From positions 93,615-157,097 of the forward strand of contig NMRA01000505.1 in assembly GCA_002633005.1 (NCBI GenBank): 63,483 bases of DNA, read 5' to 3'. Made by a program: the position numbers and the translations under genes. Below the pieces are notes generated by a model. That model searched no databases. It worked only from the letters and a program-made list of their open reading frames with translations, and was not told the origin of the DNA. The DNA is from Phoronis australis (lineage: Eukaryota > Animalia > Phoronida). This document shows positions 1-12,000 of this stretch, piece after piece (the first letter of the stretch is position 1; each line of letters starts with the position of its first letter).

Positions 1-290
1 GAGCATATCCATACACCGATGGGTCATGCACGTTGCACCTTTAAGAGCCTAACCTCTTCCGAGATCCCTTGCAAAATTTAGCCTGGGGCCGCAGGGTGCC
101 CAGTTACCATGGTGTACCACGAGGAGGTACTGCAAGAGTCTTGATTAGAGGTAGTTAAAGGCCACCAAGGCGGGTCTTATATATGCCTTCCTAATTCGTC
201 TCAGAGGACTAGGTGGTCGTAGAAGCTGAAAGCTAGAAAGTGCAAGCACTAACTACACTAAGCTACACTAACTACACACCTTACCCTGTG
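1..290 (+). mobile_element. Probable 3' part of a SINE-like retroposon ending in a short (ACTAACTAC)n tail
   Basis: GC-richer block followed by the tandem tail actaactacactaagctacactaactacac (~248-278); the 5' part would lie outside the window. Family not identifiable. Confidence 0.3.
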
Positions 291-309
291 TCTAAGACAC
301 CACACCTGT

Positions 310-3200
310 TTTGGTTTTGGCTGTAAATTCTGAATAACTTCACACTCCCAACAAACATGGCAAAGATTCTCGGGGTCTTTTCCACAGAATGTACTGAGTG
401 ATGAGTTAACTATCCCATTTCAAATAAGAAACAGTTTATGCTAAGAATTCTTAAAGTCTAATTTGGAACTGTTTAAGATTCGTGTCTTTTGTGACCGAAG
501 AATATAATCTATAGACAGTTCTCCACCATTCACCTGATACTTCTCTTAGCAATTATTTTGAAATTTTGTTGTTTTTATATAAACAATTAACAAACACATT
601 GTAAACACTGTTCTCGTTTGTAAAGTAATATAAACAAACTTTGGGTGGTGAGGAAGAATGATTTTGGACGAATCTACATGTTTAAGTAAGTTACAAAAAA
701 CACATCGCACACCCATGGATATAGTGAATGGTAGAGAAAATCCATAATTACAAAACTCTTCGTAAGACATCAAATTACCATTCGAATCTAACAAATTGTA
801 AATATATACTAATGTTTGACAATTGTCTCGTTAAAGCTCATACTAGTCGCCGTATGGCTGGATGCGTACGTGACTGTCTGACAGTTATTTTTCGGGTGTA
901 AGGGTGTGTTAGCATTCCCTGCCAGTTGTCATTTTATTGGATATAAGGCTATAAAAACACCAATTATGATTAATTAAACAATCCCTCTTAAAACTAACGC
1001 AAAAGTTCTTTATGGTATTTCAAAATGTTGGAAATTAGTGCCAATATTTATTTCTTGCTGACGCTATGCTACCCGTTGTGAATAGATAGGTCCCGAAGAT
1101 TAATGTCTGTAATGATAGGTTGTAGCGCGCGCTTCCTGGTCATGTGCTTTTAACACCAATTTTTTATTAGTCGATTCGCGGTTTTTATGTGTACAAACAA
1201 ATTTGGAATCCTGTTGAGGGAGAACATTTGGAGTCGTTTCAATCCTATTGACATGTTCGCTGTGTCTGTTCTGAAAGGCCAGACCATAGTGGGACACATT
1301 CCTTGCAAGATCAGCAAAACTTGCGTTCTTTTTAGAGCACGGCGGAAGTTTGAAGTGTATAGTCACGGCTACATACCGACATATAGCGGCGAAGCAGGTG
1401 ATCTAGAAATTCTGCGTACACTGATTTTTTCAGGACTGCCAGATTTCGTTGACAAATTGAAGATGTTACTGTTGAATTTTAGCGCTGTAGGTAAGGCATT
1501 TTTGCATGTCACGTTCATGGGCTGGGCGCTTAGTTCAGCATAATCTGAAAATGCGTGGAGGGCACTTATAGGGACATGGGCGGTTATTAGGGAGAATACG
1601 GTAGTTCATATATTGTTCTCCTGTTTTCTCCAATAAATCTACTTTTATCAATCTCAACTGATCATTGCTTATTAGTTTATTAATGACTGATTTAGTATGA
1701 TGTGCGAGATAGCCCAAGAGAATCTTGTAGCTCGTGTTTAATAGGGAGATAGGGCACCAACTGTCGAGATGCTCTCATGGTTATTTTTCCCTGTTGAATG
1801 ATCTCACCATAAAGACAGAAATATCTTTCCAAAAAAATTTGAAAAACTCGAATGAGAAGCCGTCAGCACCTAGCATTATGCTGGTTTTCTTATGTCATAA
1901 TATCTCAAGAGCTTCCTTGACTGAAATTTCTTTCTCAGTCGTATTGCGTTCGTGCCCAGTGAACTCTGGATGCCTCGCTGGTAATAGCGGAACACATGTC
2001 AACGTCATCCACATGGTCACCTTTACAGCTGTAAAGTGATTGAAAAGATTTCTGATAGCAAATCATGTTGACTTGTGGTAATGTTTCCTTCGCAATGTAT
2101 AAACTTTGTTACTTTTTTGTTAATTATGATTTCTTTTTTCTAAATTGGCAAAGTATTTTGATGGTTTTTTCTCTCTGATCAATCCACCTAGCGCAGGATC
2201 TTATAATGTGGTCCGTCGTGAGACTCTCTCGAACATTTTCGGTCTGTTTTAGGATTTCCTCAAATAACTGAGACTGACTGTTTTGTGTTAACTCCAACAG
2301 AAAACGTCTTTTGTTTTCTAAAAGCGTCATTTGTTTGTTACGTTAGGCCGATTTCTTTTTACAAAAATAAATTGTTTCAATTGTTATTTTCATTAACAAT
2401 ACTTAAAAAAATTAAAGCGTCGTCAATGGAAAGTTTTATCTCATCATGAGCAATAACCAATAAATTATCTTTGTTATGAACAATAATTACATATTCCTTG
2501 ATAACATTGCTTCTAGTTTTCTTTACCAACTTAACATAATCCGCATCAGTTATTGAATTGCCACAAGCCTCAGCCTCTAGTGAAATTTGTTACTGGAAAA
2601 TTGAGGCTTACACTTAGACGATTAGTTCTATAACCTGAATCAATGCCAGATGACTCCAACAAACCACATTTTTCTTCTGGTACATGGAAGAATCTAGCCT
2701 TAGCTTTCTTCACCATGTCAGGACTCTTTCAGGTAAATTTCTTTTCAACAAGATGGCGAAGATGCCAGGGATCTACTAAATTGAATCTAGAAGATAGATT
2801 AATCATTTCGTTTCTGGCTTTGGGTTGTTGAGATGCACCTAATGTAAGCAATCAATGTCAAAGTTGTGAACCAAGTTCCAATCCCCACATACGATAATAC
2901 GATATAAGTCGTATCTGTCACTGATAGAATATCTCCATTTTTTTGTAAAAACTTGGGTGTCACGATTTGGTCCATGTTAATCAGAGATGTCCGTATTTTC
3001 TTCTCAGTTGTGAAGTTCAGCAATAGAAAATTACCATCTGCATCGTGGCTGGTTGTTAGTGAAAAGAACACAGACTTCTTTAGAATTAGAAGAAGCACGG
3101 CTTTTCTTTGTAAAGCATACAAACAGGAATACAACAGGACACCATAACCATTGCAGCACTAAAACCTTTAATTCATTGATTTCCTGGTTGAGGTGCAAAG
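310..3200 (-). mobile_element. Decayed L1/Tx1-type LINE ORF2 (APE endonuclease, start of RT, C-terminal zf-RVT region), interrupted at ~840-1603
   Basis: Minus-strand fragments in the expected order: APE-like ILLILKK..DADGNFLLLN (~3000-3110); IRSCARWIDQREKT (~2160-2210; cf. IRSRARW.E.GEK); LGADGFSFEFFKFFWKDI (~1820-1875); PISLLNTSYKIL..LISNDQ (~1660-1755; RT start); LDSNGNLMSYEEF (~750-790); TKDTNLKQFQ..RIL..STFCGKDPENLCHVCWEC (~340-495; CCHC knuckle). Many stops and frameshifts; RT core not found. Confidence 0.85.
1100..1603 (+). mobile_element. Decayed DNA-transposon fragment carrying a frameshifted HIRAN-like ORF and a Tc1/mariner(pogo)-like right end
   Basis: From 1171: SIRGFYVYKQIWNPVEGEHL / NPIDMFAVSVLKGQTIVGHIPCKISK / FLEHGGSLKCIVT / GDLEI..LIFSG across frameshifts. 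Right end at 1560-1603 reads TACCGTATTCTCCCTAATAACCGCCCATGTCCCTATAAGTGCCC on the minus strand. Homologous copy at ~24870-25215. Confidence 0.6.
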
Positions 3201-3250
3201 TGCACATGGTCACCCAGTCTTTTAAAGAAGTTTAAATAAATAAATAAATA
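3199..3250 (+). repeat. Short retroposon 3'-tail fragment, copy 1
   Basis: TCACCCAGTCTTTTAAAGAAGTTTAAATAAATAAA is also present at ~27687-27721 and ends in (TAAA)n. Confidence 0.55.
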
Positions 3251-3757
3251 CTGCAGAAGTAATCTCCAAAGACTCATTCAGTGAAATGTAAAAGGCTGTT
3301 AAAAGTGGAAAAAGTGTTATTTTAAGTTGTGTCAAAATTGTTAGTACTGGTCAGCTGCATGAAATTATTGTATAATCACTTGGAAGAAAGAAAACAATAA
3401 TGACTCATGTTGTGAGTTTCATTTTCTAATCAATACTTTTGTATGCGCCAGAATGCAAATAACATGTTGACCTTAGGTGTATTCTAACCATGACCTTATA
3501 TTAAATATACATGAGGCCAGGGTCTTCATATAACGTGGGTAAGAAAGTTGGAAGTGTATGGCAAAAGAAGAACAGACTGTGAGAATTAGTAGTCAGACTG
3601 GTGGTGTAGACCATGAGTAAGAATACTGGTCACTGGTCATCTGTGGCTTGTAAGAATATCACAATATAGAATGAGTACAACGAGTTAATTTTTGTTATAT
3701 CATGTAAATCCTGTCCTCAGAAATGCAATGTTGGTTACAAGGTAAATTTTCTTTCAG

Positions 3758-5413
3758 GTCTTGGCTTTGGACTGGGTTACTCTCCCTGCCTGGTTATGCT
3801 TGGGATCCACTTCAGCAAGTATCTTGGCCTGGCAAGTGGTATTGTGGGCGCAGCTGGATCATTAGGTGTCGTCTGTATGCCTATCCTACTGAGACACTTT
3901 ATCAACCAGTATGGTCTCATGGGGGCGCTGATACTTCTCTGTGGGCTTCACCTTCACATGTGTGTTTTTGCCTGTCTGTTGGGCTTTGGTCAGTTGATGT
4001 CTGCTGAAGGCAAGAGTGAGAAGAAAGTAAGCAGTACGCAGGAGAGTGTGGACTCTCTTGACTCTGGCATTACACTCAATTGTAAAGAGAAACTCCCACA
4101 GATGACATCTTCTGGCCACCTGCGCAATGCTGCTTTAGCTGCTTCCAACAACGATGATGCAGAGAAATTAGCAATTCTCTGTGGTGTTGATAATGGCTGT
4201 TGTAGTTCATGTCATAGCAACAAGGCTGTGCTAGATACAAAGCTGTCCATTCCATGTCATGCCAGCTGTAGTGAGAGTAGTGTTCAAGTCAAGCCAGAGA
4301 GTCTTTTGTCATTCTTTGCCAGTGTTGGCAACATTGCAGCAATTTCTGTACAAAGTATAGTTGAATTGGACCAAGGTGGAGAAGAGTATGACAAGATGCC
4401 ATCAAGACGTCCACTCTTCATGTGGTCGCTTCTACGCAACCCCATCTTCCTCCTCATTATGATTTCTCAGCTACTTGGAATGATGGGACTTCCTGTTGGC
4501 TTCATCAACATTGCTCCTTTTGCCACTGAGCAGGGAATCGCCGTGTCAGACGTGGCTTACATCGTTTCCATGCCTGCTGTTGCCGACATATTTGTACGCC
4601 TGCTCATATGCTGGGTTGCAGACCATGCGCCCAAGTACATAGTGTACTGTGTCTGCCTGGTTGTCAGTGCAGTCGTGGCCTTCATTTCTCCATTGCTGTC
4701 CACCTATGCCTCACTCATGCTTGTTTCTGTCATATTCTCATGTTTTGCTGGTGGCTTCTTTTCTCTCACCAGCGTGGTGCTTGTTGAGTTCCTAGGTGTA
4801 GAAATGTTGACGTATTCACTGGGTATCAGTTCTCTCTTCTCCGGAGTCAGTCAAATGATGTCTCTGCCTATTTCTGGTAAGTTGGTGTCCCTAAATCATG
4901 CGCGCCTACCTCATGCACGCTTACCTCATGCGCGCCTACCTCATGCACGCTTACCTCATGCGCGCCTATGTCATGCCTACATCATGCGCGCCTATTTCAA
5001 ATGAAATAAGTTGAGACTTATTCATGGCTACATTTACCGTAACTAAGAATTAAGGACTGTTTTGTTGTTTGTGCTTGTTATGAATGATGTGATCTATTTC
5101 TACTACTGATTGATGTGCAGTTTGACCACATGATCACCATGTGATTATCATGTAGCTAGAACTGTCAGTGATGTTCAATGGTCACTATGTATTATTTAAG
5201 AGCAATGTGACAATTCTAATGTCCTCATTTTCACTAACCTCATTGTCACTTACAGGTATGATGAGGGATGGTACAGGAAGCTGGACATGTAGTTGGATGT
5301 TCTCTGGCTGTGTTATTGTACTATCAGCTGTCTTCATCATGGTCGTGCCTTGTGTGAAGAAGTGTAAAGGATGTCACTCACTCTCTATTACATTAGAGAA
5401 TGTCTCTGCCTAG
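3758..5413 (+). CDS. Monocarboxylate transporter (SLC16/MCT family, MFS), last two coding exons; 5' exons not found in window
   Basis: Exon 3758-4876 (acceptor ctttcag, phase 1; donor G|gtaagt) and exon 5256-5413 (acttacag|GT; TAG). Motifs GLGFGLGYSP..HFSK..LASGI..AAGSLG (TM4-5), long central loop, TM8 D-x3-R (ADIFVR), and SLPISG|MMRDGTGSW (TM11-12). Confidence 0.92.
4897..4995 (+). repeat. 15-bp minisatellite (CATGCRCGCYTACCT)n, ~6 copies, at the start of the last MCT intron
   Basis: Read directly; it produces the HARLP repeat in the ORF track. Confidence 0.9.
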
Positions 5414-8400
5414 TGTTACATTGGTTAGTTTGCTCTTGGGAAATACTGCTTCTTGTTTAAGATATTTTTGTTATCTCATTTTTCATCGTTTTTCTTGAGC
5501 TGTTATAGTGTCTTAGACTTGTCAAACAATGATGTTAAGAACCACAGGCTTCATGTTATATCACAACAGTTCTTTAGAAACTCATTTTGCAGTACCTTAA
5601 ATATGTACAAAAACTACCACAGACAACTCATGTGGCAATATCAGGATCTAAGCTCAATTTGTGTGTAACAGAGCTAGTATCATATCACCAAATGTTAAGA
5701 GTGACTCCTATAAAAACCAACCGATAGAGTCTATACCCAAAATCACAGACTTAGCACATGAGTTTAGTTTGGTGAGATGTAGAAAATTCTTGATTTTTAA
5801 GAATTTTCATTCATTATTTCTGTTTTTATGACATGTACCTCCATTTTGCAACACAATTGGGCGCCGAAGTAGACATGGTCGAATGGATTTTACCAGCATG
5901 CATTGTAAGCAGATAACAAATGAGTGATACGGTTTGAAGGGACTGTGATGGAATAATTCAGTGGCAATACTTTCATTATTCCTTTTCAAATTTGTATGCT
6001 TTGATTTTGTGCTGCAAAAACAGCTATTTGTTTTCACTGGAGTCATTTTCCGCAATGAACTGACCTTATAATAATTTAATCAGTCATTCCTAACCTCTTC
6101 ATAATCTAAAATAAAAAATCTTGCCTCCTAGCTTTTGCTTAGGAAACATTACACGAATTGCACTATTTGCCTGTTCTGGGTTGCCTCAACCACCAATAGG
6201 GGGTTCTTGGAACATGTAACTCCCTTGCAAAAACACAAGCAAATAGCTTGTATCTTAGAAAAACCAGACACATTACTAATTACCATTCCCTGAAAACCAC
6301 AGTGATAATTATTGTTTATTACTAAAAATTATGTACATAAATTATGACTAGCATGCTGCTTCGTCTATATGATGTCGCTGTTAGTTTCTATGGAGACTGT
6401 GGAAGCGACCAGAAGAGAGCCGCTAGTATAGGAATGGGGGTACCCAAGGGGGCTATATGGCCCTCTGTTCACTGCAAAAAATTCGGTCAAAACTCGTAAT
6501 TTTGCATTCATGTTGTAATGTCCCACAGGTTGCTAGAAGTTTTAGCCACCAACATCTAATATTTCTACTGAGATTGTGTCAAACAGTCAATAGAAAACAA
6601 TTCATGAATGACAATTTGAATAATGAGTCAGTTCATGACAGACATTAGGTCAACAAAATTCACCACATGTACCCGAACTTCAAACATGCCGAGTGACTGA
6701 CTGTGATGTAGTAAGGGGGGTACCTGTCGAACCAGGTGCCAAGCAGGTGATGTCTAAGGACGGGCACCAGGCATCTGTTAACTGGGGGGGGGGGGTTACT
6801 CAGCTACTGACCGGAGTGGGGTGGAAAGGCCAGAGAGGTGCCACTTGACGTGTCGATGGAGGGCAAGGAGGTGCTCCCTATGCCAGTGGACTGGCTTCTG
6901 TCATTTCAGGTATTCAGGGTACAGACACTTTCTGCTTGGGTGAAAATAGGCACCGAATTCTCCTCATTGAACATGGCATGTTATCTGACTCCACTACTGG
7001 TCCTGCTCTGTCACAAATTGACCTACTCATACTCTGCCACTGATTGATGAGGTACATTACAGCAGCTCAGATGTTCTCAAGTGTCTTTAACAAGACTGAC
7101 AAAGCTTTCGTGATGGCACTTTTTTGTTGAAAACTCTCTAAATGAACAAGAAGGACCTTCGTTCCTCATTTTGTCTTTAAGCACGATTTATTTCCATATA
7201 AAAATTCTAAGGAGTGTTTAAATTAAGCTGTTAATGGAAGAAAAAAGAGTTACATGTACAAGTTTTTTTATATATCCTCAATCCTAATATCACCTGACTC
7301 ACTGTGCAAAGGTCACCAGGTTCAGTCTTGATAGGGACTGCCAATACATCCAGAAAACAATTTGTTTTCATGTTCACAAAGTTAGGTAAAGCTACTAGGT
7401 ACAATGTAGCGATAAGAGGGTCACAAAAACAGCCACTAAAAGAATCTGGGAAAAGTGGTCTTTGGATTATCTCCCCTGTCTAGCACGAAGCTGTCAAATT
7501 TCAATAAATACCAAATAATTATACACAATATACAGTGTTTATTCCAGCCACCAAAGCACAACTTTCAATCTATTTTGTAAGTTACTTAGTTTCAGTGCTG
7601 AAAACAACTTTCCAGACCCTAATATGACCAATTGTGGTCTGATGCTCCAGTGACGAAATTAGGGGTCATTGAACGCATAAAATGTGGCATTTAGTTTAGA
7701 TTTTTATTGGGATACCTATCCATGTACAAAAATGAAGTTGTTTTGAATTTTAAGGTATAGACTGCTTTTCGAAAATCCACTGGTTTTTATAATAGACTGT
7801 CTCAGCTATGAATAATGGTAGATAGTTGGTCTGTGTGCCAGTAGGTGTGGTGCTTCAACACTAGTCTGTAGGTAAGGCGTGGCTATAGATGACAGAGATT
7901 GATATCAACATTTGAAAACCGTTCTACAGTTGAAGCTCATGGGGATGTTTTACTTTCCTTGTGTTTTTCTTATTTAATGTTGTTATTTAATATTGTTGTT
8001 GGTCAGATATTGCTAAATTTTGTGCAAAATGAGGTTTGCTGCAAGGACTTGCTTTTCTTAAGAAAAATTCTGTCCATGAAATGAACTCTTTAATTTCCAC
8101 AATGCACTTTTGAGTTGACCAGTGAGTGATGTCACTTAGAGGATTATTTTTGGACATGTATGGACCTGTATGGACATGTATGGACCTGTTTTTGCAGGTT
8201 TCTATCTCAGTGACCAAGAATTTGTTTTAGGTCATTATGTTTACATTGTGTTTGCATCTATTTTTGATGCCTAGTTTGGTCTGTTACTCATTTGTAACAG
8301 TTGCAATTTTGACAGGGTACATTTAATAATGTGTGTGAACATATACATGTTTTTGTTGGAAAGAAATACCATGAGGCTGAGCTTAGTAAATGCCCATATA

Positions 8401-9097
8401 TGGTGTTTCAATGAAATAATACTCTTGCTTTCATTGAGGGCAATTGGAAATTGTGTCAGGTCAGTTGGTGTACTGTAGACTATAGGATTTAGTCACTGTG
8501 CAGTTTGGCAAGTGCTGCGCTGACGTGCACTTTTTTGCATTCGTCTGTGGCAGGTTCACAAGTGTAACAGAGTGCTCTGTTGAAAGGCACAATAGCAAAG
8601 AGCGGTGTCAGGCTATCGTTCTGAGAACCTCGGACAACGTTTTTCCCAAAATTATCTGTAATGCCGAATTCTTATTCCATCGTTGCCAATAGGTGTCACT
8701 GTTAGTTGTCTCCTGTCATCTTTCAACCCGCCTAGCGTTAGCATTGTGTAACCCTTTATCGCTTCTAACTTGATTTTTGTCGCTCTCAAAGCTAGGTGAC
8801 AGGCCCCTTTGCTGATTTTACTAATGCCCAAGCTCTTCGTTAAGACCCAGTAGCACTGGGGCGAATTGGCTCGGTGTACTCGGGCGTACCATTTTTTTTT
8901 TGCTGTTGGCTAAAATATGACGGATCTCGTTTTGTCGTTGTTTTGGATTGGTTTTGAATTCCTTCCCGGCCGTCCATCTTTTTGTTATTCATGGGGAAGT
9001 CTGATCGTCAGAGAGTTATTTATTGCGATTTCTTTTGTTGTAACATGCCGGTGGTCTTACAAGAAATAAACTTTATATAGTGTGAAGGTACCTTAAC

Positions 9098-9331
9098 CAG
9101 GGCTTGGAATTTTCCTCTTTTAAGAGGATTTCCTCTTTTTTGGCTTCGATTTCCTCTTACTTTATTACAGTTTCTTTTTTCGTCTGTTTTTTATCATTAT
9201 TTTGACTTTATTCATGCAAAAACGTTTATTTCAGTTAAATTATACCTCGAACAAAATATCTATTACACGAGCTTTTTTCTTTTTAGAACGGAAATTTTCT
9301 TCTTTTTTGTCATTAATCATTCCAAGCCCTG
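9098..9331. mobile_element. 234-bp MITE with 13-bp TIR CAGGGCTTGGAAT and 6-bp TSD CTTAAC
   Basis: Perfect TIR pair; CTTAAC at 9092-9097 and 9332-9337; diverged second copy at 13962-14209. Confidence 0.85.
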
Positions 9332-9571
9332 CTTAACATCAAAGTGAAAAGGGTTAGAAGGATGGGCAAATTAGGCTTGAAACGAGAGTTTGTTTACTTA
9401 GATTGTACAATATTCTATATATGACTACGACGGTCGACTGGTTTGAAGATGTTAATGTTTTCTCTGTGAGAAAGCTGTAATTGTGTGGTTTGCATCAAAC
9501 CATATAAATATTGCTCTTGAAAACATGAAATGAATTGGTTATCAAGCCTTCCTCCTCGTAGTATTCATTTG

Positions 9572-10853
9572 TTATGCACCCACATGTTTATATGTGGACG
9601 CATTATGCCGTCGGTCATCTCCGTCCGTCTCGGGCGGCGTCCGTCCGGCGTCCGCTGCTCTAACTCCAAAACCGTTTGACGTATGTTCATGAAACTTTGA
9701 ACATGTTCCTTTCATGGATGGGACGGTATGAGCGAACTTTCGGACGGATCCTACAACCGGTGTGCTCCCTAGTGGCAATTTTAGTTTTTTACGCTAACCT
9801 CTGATTTTATTTTCATAAAAGTTGGCATGTAGGAATCTATTAGGGAGATGACGATATCCTCCCATTTTCGGATAGATCCCACGTAATTTGCGCCACCTAG
9901 TGGCCATTTTTACTGTTTTTGAGTCTGTTTTTGGCGTCCAAATCGCTTTCAGGATAATTGTGAAAATTGGCGTGTATGTTTTTGCTATGAAGTGAACCGT
10001 CGGCTAACCATGACTTTCCGATGACTTCAGCTTCTGCTGCTAGTAGCAGTTTCGTTTTTTTGCGGCCATGGCTGTATCTCTTAACTGTTTGCAGGATCTT
10101 TACTAAATTTATTAAGTGTATTATTTTTATATGATGTTGACAAAGAACAACGACTACTTTCGGACGGATCTGACTACTAATGTGCCCCCTGGTGGTTGAC
10201 CTCTGTATCTTCAAGGGTCCTCAACGGATTTTCATAAAATTTTGAATACAGGCATCTATTGGTGAGATGACGCTATCCTCCCGTTTTTGGATGGAATCGA
10301 GATATTTTGTGCCACCTAGTGGCCATTTTTGCTGTTTTCGAGTCTGTTATTTGGCATCCACTCCTCTATCAACCAAGTCATTCTAAGGATGGTTTTGAAA
10401 ATTGGCCTTTATGTTCTCTGTGTGAAGAGGATGGTTGACAATGACGACTTTGACTACTGTGTTGTCTCCAATGTTAGTTAGTTTTGTTTTGCACCCATTG
10501 CTGTATCACCTAAACCCACTGCTGGATCTTTATCAAATTTAGTAAGTGTTTTTATATGGAGCTAACAACAGAGAATGACGACTTTCAAGTGGGTCCAATG
10601 AACATTGTGCCCCCTAGTGGTAATTTCATTTTATTCTGTTTTCCTTTGTTTCTCTGAAGTTCCGTGACAGATTTCTATGAAATTTAATGTATAGCTTTCT
10701 ATTAAAGTAGCTTTGACATGTTCCCATTTTCTGATGGATTGTACGTTTTTGAGCCATCTAGTGGCCATTTTTATGACAAAAATAAACCACCCTAAAAGCA
10801 AAACGTTTGCGAGGCATTCGTGTGCGCATTTCAACGTTCGGCGTTGCTCTTGT
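9572..10853 (+). mobile_element. Helentron-associated non-autonomous element (HINE/DINE-1-like) with ~420-bp internal tandem units
   Basis: T-rich 5' junction, (CCGT/GTCC)n microsatellite near the 5' end (~9620-9655), three diverged ~420-bp units (e.g. 9825-9930 vs 10244-10350), 3' hairpin CAACG-ttcgg-CGTTG followed by CTCTTGTT. This matches the described HINE architecture. Confidence 0.75.
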
Positions 10854-11050
10854 TAATGCTGTCATCGTCACAATTGTTCAAAGTTGTCGTGGTTACAACC
10901 CAGCTAAAATGCATCAGGCGGACCATCTCAACTTGAAACAATCAAAAACCCAATACTACCAAAAATTTGGTGGTCTCCCATGGCCGGGGACTCAATGGTT
11001 AGCTACGAGACTACTAGTGTCGGGGTCACAAGCTTAAATAACAGAATGCA

Positions 11051-11212
11051 TGGTCACGTGCAGTAGTTGGCATTCCAGGGCTAGAGTTCATTGGTCACGT
11101 GCAGTAGTTGGCATTCCAGGGCTAGAGTTCATTGGTCACGTGCAGTAGTTGGCATTCCAGGGCTAGAGTTCATTGGTCACGTGCAGTAGTTGGCATTCCA
11201 GAGCTAGAGTTC
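11051..11212 (+). repeat. 41-bp tandem repeat x4
   Basis: TGGTCACGTGCAGTAGTTGGCATTCCAGGGCTAGAGTTCAT at 11051, 11092, 11133 and 11174, nearly identical, with no unique spacers. Confidence 0.95.
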
Positions 11213-11309
11213 TATGCATGAGTAAGCCTACTGAAATATCTAAACTCGGAAACGTGAAACGGCATGTCCTTGTTTTGGAATTAGTCAGTAAAATGGGCGG
11301 CGCAGCACT

Positions 11310-11458
11310 CAATGGCGGATTTAGAGGGAGCCCTGACCCCCCCCCCTAGAATTCTCCCAGATCCCGTTTGGCAGTTTGGGGGGGCAAATGTTTTACGGGC
11401 AAAATTCTGGCTAATACTCTGGCTTGTCCCCCAACTCAAAATCCTGGGTCCGCGCCTG
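11310..11458. mobile_element. GC-rich MITE (CA..GGCGGAT / .TCCGC.CCTG family) with 5-bp TSD GCACT
   Basis: GCACT at 11305-11309 and 11459-11463. Related copies or ends at ~11484, 17700-17847, 30100-30216, 34800-34912, 46262, 47004-47158 and 59170-59247. Confidence 0.75.
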
Positions 11459-11859
11459 GCACTGAAAAAGTTTGGGCTATAGCCAGTGGCGGATTTAGAA
11501 GGAGGCCATGACCCCTCTAAAACTTTCCCAGACAAGCTTAATACAATAGAACCTCATGGATTGAACATAAAAACTTCTTAAAATATATCATTTAAATTTT
11601 TACGCAAAAATGTATCATATTCATTACACCATATCTTAAATGGCAATTGTCATAAAGTGTTTGATTTTACTTTATTTCTGTTTCTGTTGACAAAGGACAT
11701 TATTACATCCGAAATTCCATTCTTGTTGTTTTATTTACGTAAAATACTCAAACACTATCGGGTGTACGTCACATCCAACAATAGCATGTGTGACGCGGTA
11801 TTATAAATGCGTGGTAATTCACGATCACGTGGCTTTGCGAAACCTCTCTAATCATGTGG

Positions 11860-12000
11860 TAAATTATAAGTTCTAACGCGATAAATTATAGGTTCTGACG
11901 TGACAAAGTATAGGTTCTGACTTGATAAAGTGTAGGTCCTAATATGATAAATTATAGGTCCTGACGTGATAAATTTTAGGTTCTGACGTCATAAATTTTG
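11860..12000 (+). repeat. Degenerate 22-bp tandem repeat (TATAGGTTCTGACGTGATAAAT) x~6
   Basis: Read directly. Confidence 0.8.

Noticed and set aside
6690-7120. Possible LINE fragment or extra exon downstream of MCT (also RTE-like wording at ~50250-50390)
   Set aside because: Only a few weakly suggestive residues with stops; insufficient support.
11051-11212. CRISPR-like regular repeats (also 12723-12930 and 56259-56519)
   Set aside because: Units abut with no unique spacers, there are no cas genes, and the context is eukaryotic: minisatellites.
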